NCBI GenBank assembly: GCA_965267575.1 | Contig: OZ254086.1 | Location: 3,744,001 to 3,808,000 of the forward strand | From: Calditrichales bacterium | Lineage (GTDB): Bacteria > Calditrichota > Calditrichia > Calditrichales > J004 | Length of the DNA: 64,000 bases | Reading direction: 5' to 3' | Shown here: in pieces, positions 57,164-64,000 of the stretch | How the letters are laid out: each line of letters starts with the position of its first letter | Position numbering within the stretch: the stretch's first letter is position 1 | The notes under the pieces: generated by a model | Told to the model about the DNA's origin: nothing | The model's database searches: none | What the model saw: only the letters and a program-made list of their open reading frames with translations | Made by a program: the position numbers and the translations under genes

Positions 57164-58417
57164 ATGAAAGTAAAGGGACGGGTTTCGCTTCCCGGCGATA
57201 AATCGATATCACACAGGGCTGCGCTGTTTTCAGCCATTAAGCCGGGAGCGAGTCGTTTTTTCAATTTTAACACCAATAACGATTGTATCTCTACTGTGAA
57301 TTGCCTCCGGGCCATGGGTCTGGACATTACTTTGAAGGGCACGGAGTTGAAGGTTAAAGGCCGGGAGACCGACCAGTGGCGAGCCCCTCAAAGGCCGCTT
57401 GATGCCGGCAATTCAGGCACGACCAGCCGCCTGATCAGTGGTATACTGAGTGCGTTGCCATTTCCAGCCACAATGATCGGAGACAGCTCGCTTTCAAAAC
57501 GCCCGATGGCGCGCGTTATTGAGCCCTTGTCACGTATGGGTGCCAATATCAATTCAACAAATAATAAACTGCCGATGACATTTGAGCCCGTCGAAAGCTT
57601 AAAAGCCATAGATTATGATTTGCCGCTAGCCAGTGCCCAGGTCAAATCCGCGGTTCTGCTGGCGGGTTTGTTCGCGCAGGGCCAAACGCGCGTGTTCGAA
57701 TCTGAACCTTCCCGTGACCACACCGAACGCATGCTGGGTTTGCCGCAGGAGAGGATAGGTATTCGGAACATTATCAGTTCAAGCCAGCAGCAAGTCATCC
57801 CTGATCTGGATATGACCATCCCCGGCGATATCTCGTCCGCAGCCTTTTTTATGTGCGCCGCATGCGCGTTACCGGACTCGGAACTCGTTTTGGAAAATGT
57901 GTCGCTCAATCCCAGCCGTACCGGTATTATCACAGTTTTACAAAAAATGGGTGCTGTTCTGGAAATTGAGCAGACACAAGATAAACCCGAACCTGCCGGG
58001 AATATTGTCGTGCGCGCTGCCCAAATAAAAAACAGGCCGATTGAAGAAGGACTGATCGCAAATATTATTGATGAAATACCCATTCTGGCAGTATTGGCAA
58101 CGCAAGCCGAGGGCACATTGTCAATCCGCAACGCCGCTGAATTGCGCGTGAAAGAGTCGGACCGCATTAACAGCATAGTTGAAAACCTGAAACGCTGCGA
58201 CGTTGAGATAGAGGAGTTTGAAGATGGTTTTTCGCTTGAAGGGCCGCAACAGTTAAAACCAGCTAAAATAAAGACTTATGGCGATCATCGCATTGCAATG
58301 GCATTTACAATCGCCGGCCTGTTCGCGGATGGTAAAATTGAAGTTGACGATCCGGAGTGCGCGGGTGTTTCCTTTCCCGGCTTCTACAATACCTTAAAAC
58401 AAATTACCCATGGCTGA
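57164..58417 (+). CDS. aroA: 3-phosphoshikimate 1-carboxyvinyltransferase
   Basis: PGDKSISHRA, GNSGTT, RPM.RV, ASAQVKSA, RDHTE, IDEIP, ELRVKESDR and DHRIAM. Confidence 0.97.
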   Translation: MKVKGRVSLPGDKSISHRAALFSAIKPGASRFFNFNTNNDCISTVNCLRAMGLDITLKGTELKVKGRETDQWRAPQRPLDAGNSGTTSRLISGILSALPFPATMIGDSSLSKRPMARVIEPLSRMGANINSTNNKLPMTFEPVESLKAIDYDLPLASAQVKSAVLLAGLFAQGQTRVFESEPSRDHTERMLGLPQERIGIRNIISSSQQQVIPDLDMTIPGDISSAAFFMCAACALPDSELVLENVSLNPSRTGIITVLQKMGAVLEIEQTQDKPEPAGNIVVRAAQIKNRPIEEGLIANIIDEIPILAVLATQAEGTLSIRNAAELRVKESDRINSIVENLKRCDVEIEEFEDGFSLEGPQQLKPAKIKTYGDHRIAMAFTIAGLFADGKIEVDDPECAGVSFPGFYNTLKQITHG

Positions 58418-59252
58418 ATTGAAATTTGCCGTTATCGGCTTTCCGGTTACACACAGTCTTTCGCCGCTTATCCACAACCCGGCTTTTGAGTTTTATGGGA
58501 TAAAAGCGCTTTATACTAAGCTTCAAATCACTCCTGAAGAACTGAACAAAAAGCTGCGGGCATTAAAACGTGAGAATGCCTGGCGCGGCCTTAACATAAC
58601 CGTACCGCACAAACAGGCTGTCCTCAAATACCTGGATTCACTTGATCCGCTGGCCGCAAAAGTGGGCGCCGTAAATACAATCGATATAAAAAACGGGACG
58701 TGGTTTGGACATAATACCGATTGCCACGGTTTTTTAGTGCCACTGCATTATGACATTCAGCGCTTAAAAAAAGTTTTACTGATAGGAGCGGGAGGCGCAG
58801 CTCGTGCAGTAGGTTTCTCTTTATTGGACGAGGCTTCCGATATTGAAGAGATTGCCATAGCTAACAGGACACAATCTAAAGCGCATGTACTGGCCAATGA
58901 CCTGCAAAAGCATACAAGAGCGCAGATATCGCATGCTGCAGACAAGAGCGGCTGGCAGGCAGACCTGATCATAAATACAACAAGTGTCGGCATGGGACAG
59001 TATTTGAACCAGTCTCCCTTTGACTTTGAAGATGGATTTCATGCCGATACGATCGCATATGACCTGATATATAGCCCCTCTGAGACACGCTTTTTACAAA
59101 TAGCAAAGAAGAAAGGTCTCAGGACGATTAACGGCATGGCAATGCTGGCAGGGCAGGGTGCGAAAAGCTTCGAAATCTGGATGGGCAAAAGCTATCCGTT
59201 CTCCATTGAGGATACCGTTGAGCGCTTGAATCACGCACTTAAAAAAGAGTAA
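58410..59252 (+). CDS. aroE: shikimate dehydrogenase
   Basis: HSLSP.IHN, N.TVPHK, GAVNT, NTD, GAGGAARA and DLIY. Confidence 0.95.
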   Translation: MAELKFAVIGFPVTHSLSPLIHNPAFEFYGIKALYTKLQITPEELNKKLRALKRENAWRGLNITVPHKQAVLKYLDSLDPLAAKVGAVNTIDIKNGTWFGHNTDCHGFLVPLHYDIQRLKKVLLIGAGGAARAVGFSLLDEASDIEEIAIANRTQSKAHVLANDLQKHTRAQISHAADKSGWQADLIINTTSVGMGQYLNQSPFDFEDGFHADTIAYDLIYSPSETRFLQIAKKKGLRTINGMAMLAGQGAKSFEIWMGKSYPFSIEDTVERLNHALKKE

Positions 59253-59260
59253 ACTTTCAG

Positions 59261-59290
59261 TTGACACGTGTTTTATAGACTTTGTATATT
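59261..59290 (+). promoter_or_regulatory. sigma70-type promoter of tRNA-Tyr
   Basis: TTGACA-N18-TATATT ending 12 nt upstream of the tRNA. Confidence 0.6.
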
Positions 59291-59302
59291 AGTGACTCTT
59301 TT

Positions 59303-59386
59303 GGGGAGATAGCGAAGCGGTCAAACGCAACAGACTGTAAATCTGTCGGCTCAATGCCTTCGGAGGTTCGAATCCTTCTCTCCCCA
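59303..59386 (+). tRNA. tRNA-Tyr(GTA)
   Basis: GGGGAGA/TCTCCCC acceptor stem, ACAGA-CT-GTA-AA-TCTGT anticodon arm, long variable arm and GGTTCGAATCC. Confidence 0.97.
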
Positions 59387-59389
59387 CCG

Positions 59390-59419
59390 AAACCCTGAGA
59401 TTTCTTAGGGTTTTTTTTT
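59390..59419 (+). terminator. intrinsic terminator after tRNA-Tyr
   Basis: AAACCCTGAGA-tt-TCTTAGGGTTT followed by T-run. Confidence 0.8.
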
Positions 59420-59501
59420 GGTCAAAATACGGGTTTTACAAGTCAATAAACGGTTTGATTTTATTGGCTTTAGCCTTTAAATTTGGGATTCGGTTTTTTG
59501 A

Positions 59502-59575
59502 GGGGCGATAGCTCAGTTGGTTAGAGCGCTACGTTGACATCGTAGAGGTCGTGAGTTCGAATCTCTCTCGTCCCA
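59502..59575 (+). tRNA. tRNA-Val(GAC)
   Basis: GGGGCGA/TCGTCCC acceptor stem, CTACG-TT-GAC-AT-CGTAG anticodon arm and TTCGAAT loop. Confidence 0.96.
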
Positions 59576-59579
59576 CTTG

Positions 59580-59602
59580 CCACGGGTGATCCCGTGGTTT
59601 TT
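59580..59602 (+). terminator. terminator-like hairpin after tRNA-Val
   Basis: CCACGGG-tgat-CCCGTGG-TTTTT. Confidence 0.7.
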
Positions 59603-59633
59603 ATTTGTATATCTATCAGTAAATGAGGCTTGT

Positions 59634-61565
59634 TTGAGTAAAATTATTCTAACCTTTCCGGATGGCTCCCGGCAAGAGCATGAAGAGGGGATCACTCCGT
59701 ACGAAATAGCCGGAAATATATCCAACTCACTGCGCAAAAAAGCTGTCGCAGCTATGTTCAACGGCAAGGAGATAAGCCTCAATACCCCTCTGCAGGAATC
59801 GGGAAGCATTGAAATTCTGACCTTCAAGCAGGATAAGGGCAAAGAAGTCTTCTGGCATTCTACGGCCCACCTGATGGCACAGGCCGTTAAACGGCTGCAT
59901 CCTGAAGCACAGCTCGGTATTGGCCCTCCCATCGATGATGGCTTTTACTATGACATTGACCTGGATACAACATTGTCTCCCGAGGACCTTGAAACAATAG
60001 AAGGGGAGATGGCCAAAATTGTTGATGAGGATCTGAAGATTACGCGCCAGGTTTTAAGCCGGGAGCAGGCTGAGTCACTGTTTAAAGAGCGTGGCGAAGA
60101 GCTGAAGCTGGAATTGATAGACGAACTTGATGGAATAATTACGGCCTACTCGCAGGGCGAATTTACTGATCTTTGCCGCGGGCCGCACGTTGTTTCCACG
60201 AAGACGCTGGGCAAGAACTTCAAACTGCTTTCGCTGGCCGGTGCCTACTGGCGCGGAGACGAAAACAAAAAGATGCTCCAGCGCATCTATGGTACCAACT
60301 ATCCCGACCCTAAAGAGCTGAAGGCGCACCTTAAGCGCATTGAAGAAGCCAAAAAGCGTGACCACAGGAAGCTGGGCAAGGCGCTTGAACTGTTTATGTT
60401 TAATGAAAATGTCGGCGCGGGACTACCAATCTGGCTTCCCAAAGGTGCCATTATCCGTGACCAGCTGATCAAGTTTATGCAGCAGGCGCAGTTGGAGCAC
60501 GGCTACCAGCCGGTTGTAACGCCGCATATTGGAAAGAAAGAGTTGTACGTCAAGTCCGGGCATTATGAAAAATACGGCAGTGATTCCTTCCACCCGATCA
60601 ATACGCCGCGCGAAGGTGAAGAGTTCTTGCTAAAACCGATGAACTGCCCACATCATTGCGAGATCTACAAGTTCAAGCCGCGCTCCTATCGCGATCTACC
60701 GCTGCGCATGGCTGAATTCGGCACGGTTTACCGCTACGAGCAATCGGGTGAGTTGAACGGCCTGACACGCGTAAGGGGCTTTACGCAGGACGATGCGCAC
60801 ATTTTCTGCAGACCCGATCAGATTAAGGAAGAATTTATTAAGGTCATTGATCTGGTTTTTCTAGTATTCAAAAAGCTGGGATTTGAAGACTTTACGGCGC
60901 AAATATCGCTGCGTGATAAAGAAGATAAAAGCAAATATATAGGCTCCGATGAGAATTGGGAAAAAGCCGAAAGCGATATCATTGAAGCCGCCCGTGAAAA
61001 GGGGCTGGATACAATTACTGAATACGGCGAAGCGGCGTTTTATGGGCCCAAGCTCGATTTTATCGTTAAAGACGCCCTGGGACGCCCCTGGCAACTAGGC
61101 ACCATTCAGGTCGATTACAATCTGCCCGAGCGTTTTGAGCTGGAATACGTGGGCAGTGATAACCAAAAACACAGGCCGGTAATGATCCATCGTGCGCCAT
61201 TTGGGTCTATTGAGCGATTTTTTGCTATATTAACCGAACATTGCGCTGGTAATTTTCCGCTGTGGCTGGCACCTGTGCAAATAATTCTTATGCCCATTGC
61301 CGACAGGCATGAAGCATATGCCAAGGAACTGCAGGCATCATTAAGCAGCGCGGGATTCCGCGTTGAGATGGACGATCGCAACGAAAAAGTGGGATTTAAA
61401 ATCCGTGAAGCCGAATTGCAAAAAATACCTTATATGGTCGTTTTGGGCGATAAGGAAGAAACGGAAAAGACCCTTTCCGTTCGTCACAAAGGTGACGGCG
61501 ACCTGGGGGCTATAACATTGCAGGCTTTCCGGGAAAGAATGCAAAAAGAACTGGCAGAGAACTAA
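59634..61565 (+). CDS. thrS: threonine-tRNA ligase
   Basis: TGS domain, HSTAHL, GP.I.DGFYYD, DLCRGPH, KPMNCPHH, RVRGFTQDDAH and AAFYGPK. TTG 59634 with GAGG SD; the ORF-track start at 59577 lies in the terminator. Confidence 0.97.
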   Translation: MSKIILTFPDGSRQEHEEGITPYEIAGNISNSLRKKAVAAMFNGKEISLNTPLQESGSIEILTFKQDKGKEVFWHSTAHLMAQAVKRLHPEAQLGIGPPIDDGFYYDIDLDTTLSPEDLETIEGEMAKIVDEDLKITRQVLSREQAESLFKERGEELKLELIDELDGIITAYSQGEFTDLCRGPHVVSTKTLGKNFKLLSLAGAYWRGDENKKMLQRIYGTNYPDPKELKAHLKRIEEAKKRDHRKLGKALELFMFNENVGAGLPIWLPKGAIIRDQLIKFMQQAQLEHGYQPVVTPHIGKKELYVKSGHYEKYGSDSFHPINTPREGEEFLLKPMNCPHHCEIYKFKPRSYRDLPLRMAEFGTVYRYEQSGELNGLTRVRGFTQDDAHIFCRPDQIKEEFIKVIDLVFLVFKKLGFEDFTAQISLRDKEDKSKYIGSDENWEKAESDIIEAAREKGLDTITEYGEAAFYGPKLDFIVKDALGRPWQLGTIQVDYNLPERFELEYVGSDNQKHRPVMIHRAPFGSIERFFAILTEHCAGNFPLWLAPVQIILMPIADRHEAYAKELQASLSSAGFRVEMDDRNEKVGFKIREAELQKIPYMVVLGDKEETEKTLSVRHKGDGDLGAITLQAFRERMQKELAEN

Positions 61566-61580
61566 TTAAGGAGTCAAGCT

Positions 61581-62093
61581 ATCGCAAAGGATACAAACGC
61601 TCGTACGAACGAAGAGATTAAGTCGCGGCAAGTGCGGCTTATTGACGCTGAGGGAAATCAAATTGGAGTTGTTATAATCGATAAGGCGCTTGAAATAGCG
61701 CAGGAATCGGGTTTAGACCTGGTGGAAGTGGCGCCACAGGCCAAACCGCCGGTCTGCCGCATCATGGATTATGGCAAATATCTCTACGAGCAAGCCAAAA
61801 AAGAGAAGCTTAACAAAAAGAAACAACACAAGATCAGCGTTAAGGAAATACGCATGCGTCCCAAAACGGACGATCACGATCTTGAGTATAAGCTCAAACA
61901 CGCCCGTTCTTTCCTGGAGGATAAAAACAAGGTTAAGTTTACAGTCCTTTTCCGTGGACGCGAGATGGCCTACAAGGAATTTGGCGAGCGTTTACTGGAA
62001 AAAGTACAGGACGAACTTTCCGATGTAGGAAAGGTTGAAAGCGAGTCGAAAATGGAAGGTCGTACAATGACCATGGTTATAACCCATAAATAA
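61581..62093 (+). CDS. infC: translation initiation factor IF-3 (non-canonical ATC start)
   Basis: AAGGAG SD, then in-frame ATC at 61581 giving [41 protein letters not shown] and FRGRE follow. Confidence 0.93.
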   Translation: MAKDTNARTNEEIKSRQVRLIDAEGNQIGVVIIDKALEIAQESGLDLVEVAPQAKPPVCRIMDYGKYLYEQAKKEKLNKKKQHKISVKEIRMRPKTDDHDLEYKLKHARSFLEDKNKVKFTVLFRGREMAYKEFGERLLEKVQDELSDVGKVESESKMEGRTMTMVITHK

Positions 62094-62106
62094 AAGGAAT
62101 GCACAC

Positions 62107-62301
62107 ATGCCAAAGATGAAATCCAACCGCGGCGCTGCCAAGCGTTTTCGTGTAACTGCCAGCGGGAAAGTAAAAAGGCACTCGGCTTTTCACAGCCACA
62201 TTCTGACCAAGAAAAGTGCCAAGCGCAAGCGCAATCTGCGCAAGGAGAGCATGGTTGACAACGTCGACGTGCCCCGCGTAAAACGAATGATACTGAAGTA
62301 A
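62107..62301 (+). CDS. rpmI: 50S ribosomal protein L35
   Basis: [29 protein letters not shown]. Confidence 0.97.
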   Translation: MPKMKSNRGAAKRFRVTASGKVKRHSAFHSHILTKKSAKRKRNLRKESMVDNVDVPRVKRMILK

Positions 62302-62313
62302 AGGAGTATTCAC

Positions 62314-62661
62314 ATGCCAAGAGCAACCAATAATGTTGCCGCCCGTCGCAGACGCAAAAAGGTCCTCAAAGCTGCCAAGGGCTATCGTTTAGGAAAGAGC
62401 AGGTTATACAACACTGCCAAGGACCAGGTTGAAAAAGGATGGCAATACGCTTACCGCGACAGACGCGCCAAAAAACGCAGCTTCCGTCGCCTGTGGATTA
62501 CGCGTATTAACGCCGCCTGCCGTATGAATGGAATGAGTTATTCCGTTTTTATGGATAAACTGAGGAAATCAAATATTGATCTTGACCGCAAAGTCCTGGC
62601 CGATATGGCCGTCCGGCAGCCGGATGACTTTGCTGCCCTGATTAAACAAATCAGTGCGTAA
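62314..62661 (+). CDS. rplT: 50S ribosomal protein L20
   Basis: AKGY, YAYRDRR.KKR.FR.LWI.RINAA and DRKVLADMA. Confidence 0.98.
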   Translation: MPRATNNVAARRRRKKVLKAAKGYRLGKSRLYNTAKDQVEKGWQYAYRDRRAKKRSFRRLWITRINAACRMNGMSYSVFMDKLRKSNIDLDRKVLADMAVRQPDDFAALIKQISA

Positions 62662-62677
62662 AGAAAAATCATCTTCC

Positions 62678-62713
62678 AAAAAAGGAAGTGCCCTTACCGC
62701 ACTTCCTTTTTTT
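62678..62713 (+). terminator. intrinsic terminator between rplT and pheS
   Basis: AAAAAAGGAAGTGC-ccttacc-GCACTTCCTTTTTTT. Confidence 0.8.
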
Positions 62714-62725
62714 ATATAAAGGGGG

Positions 62726-63700
62726 TTGGAAGTGGAAAAGCTGGACCAGATCCGAGAACAATTCACCAGCGACCTTAAAGAAGTAAGGAATCTAAAAGAA
62801 CTCGAAGATATCCGCATAAAGTACCTGAGCAGAAAAGGCATCATTGCTCAAGCCTTCAGCCTGATTAAAGATGTACCCAATGAGCAAAAACCTGCATTTG
62901 GCGCGGGGCTCAACGAGTTAAAGTCTTTTGCCGAGGAAGCCTTAAGCAAAAAGCGCGCTGAAGTGGGATCAGATACTGCCGAAAGGCAAAAGATCGACGT
63001 AACCCTACCGGCACGTCCACTGAGAAGGGGCCGTAAACACCCCTTGCTGCAGGTGGCCGATGAAATTAAGGCCATATTTCGCTCATTCGGATTTAGTATA
63101 GAAGATGGTCCTGAGATTGAGACCGACTATTACAACTTCGAAGCCTTGAATATCCCCAAGTCACATCCGGCGCGGGCCATGCAGGATACGCTTTACATTT
63201 CCGAAGATATCGTACTGCGCACTCACACTTCGCCGGTACAGATCCGTGTAATGGAGAACAGGAAACCGCCGATCCGCATCATCGCCCCGGGACGGGTCTA
63301 CCGCCGGGATACGCCGGACGCGACTCATTCCGCCTTTTTCCACCAGGTTGAAGGTCTGGTGGTGGGTGAAAACGTCACGTTCGCGGACTTGAAAGGCGTC
63401 ATCCAGGGTTTTGCGTACCGCATGTTCGGCAAAGAAGCACGCGTGCGTTTCAGACCAAGTTTTTTCCCGTTTACGGAACCCAGTGCAGAATATGACATGT
63501 GGTTCAATGGTAAATGGATGGAGATATCGGGGGCCGGCATGGTTCACCCAAATGTTTTCGAAGCAGTCGGATACGATCCTGAAAAATATACGGGATACGC
63601 TTTTGGAATGGGTATCGACAGGGTGGCGATGCTAAAATATGGTGTCAGGGACATCCGCCTGTTTTTTGAAAATGACTACAGATTCCTTAATCAATTCTAG
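62726..63700 (+). CDS. pheS: phenylalanine-tRNA ligase alpha subunit
   Basis: YNFEALNIP..HPAR.MQDT, LRTHTSPVQ, FHQVEG, RFRPSFFPFTEPS and AFGMG. Start is TTG 62726 or GTG 62732. Confidence 0.97.
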   Translation: MEVEKLDQIREQFTSDLKEVRNLKELEDIRIKYLSRKGIIAQAFSLIKDVPNEQKPAFGAGLNELKSFAEEALSKKRAEVGSDTAERQKIDVTLPARPLRRGRKHPLLQVADEIKAIFRSFGFSIEDGPEIETDYYNFEALNIPKSHPARAMQDTLYISEDIVLRTHTSPVQIRVMENRKPPIRIIAPGRVYRRDTPDATHSAFFHQVEGLVVGENVTFADLKGVIQGFAYRMFGKEARVRFRPSFFPFTEPSAEYDMWFNGKWMEISGAGMVHPNVFEAVGYDPEKYTGYAFGMGIDRVAMLKYGVRDIRLFFENDYRFLNQF

Positions 63701-63714
63701 ATTACGGTAAAAAC

Positions 63715-64000
63715 ATGAAAATCTCATTGAAATGGTTGAAAGAATATATTGATCTTGACCTTGATTCGAACGCGATTGCGCAAAAGCTGACTGATGCGGG
63801 CATTGAGGTAGAAGAGATCATCGAGCGGGGACCACGGCTGGAAAAAGTGGTTGTGGGACTGGTAAAAGAAGTAAACAAGCACCCCGATGCCGACAGACTT
63901 AGCGTTTGTAAGGTGTATGACGGCAGTGAAGACCAGCAGGTTATTTGCGGCGCACCCAACGTGCAGGCCGGACAGCACATTCCCTACGCGCAGCTAGGCA
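63715..64000 (+). CDS. pheT: phenylalanine-tRNA ligase beta subunit (3'-truncated by window end)
   Basis: Translated from sequence: MKISLKWLKEYID..LTDAGIEVE..KHPDADRLSVCKV..QVICGAPNV, directly after pheS. Confidence 0.95.
   Translation, partial: MKISLKWLKEYIDLDLDSNAIAQKLTDAGIEVEEIIERGPRLEKVVVGLVKEVNKHPDADRLSVCKVYDGSEDQQVICGAPNVQAGQHIPYAQLG

Overview
Bacterial core-genome window of moderate GC with about 59 CDSs, most on the + strand, and three tRNA genes (Ala-GGC, Tyr-GTA, Val-GAC). I found no prophage, transposase, CRISPR array or rRNA. Gene content suggests an FCB-related lineage, plausibly Calditrichota. This is inference from a PorV-like barrel, a HEXXH-type DPP III and the yicC-gmk-coaB-udg-dnaB order. 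Housekeeping blocks are metF, icd, aroC, cystathionine beta-synthase, pyk, lplA, an Rrf2-suf operon, dnaE-dtd-PASTA-rpe, rqcH, yicC-gmk-coaB-udg-dnaB-rel-greA-pspC, aroA-aroE and thrS-infC-rpmI-rplT-pheS-pheT. Most unusual: (1) an intact archaeal-type HMG-CoA synthase/thiolase/DUF35 triad next to an ABC transporter plus AttH/CrtC-like lipocalin; (2) a tightly coupled four-gene module of a truncated, degenerate MurF-like protein, a repeat-rich OmpA protein, a TPR protein with a possibly RomY-like N-terminus behind a mini-ORF, and an orphan sigma54 response regulator; (3) CoaB with a decayed CoaC domain and no rpoZ at its usual site; (4) RqcH with altered decoding motifs; (5) two strand-polarised 8-bp repeat families just after stop codons. 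All family calls come from motif recognition by eye; no database search was run.
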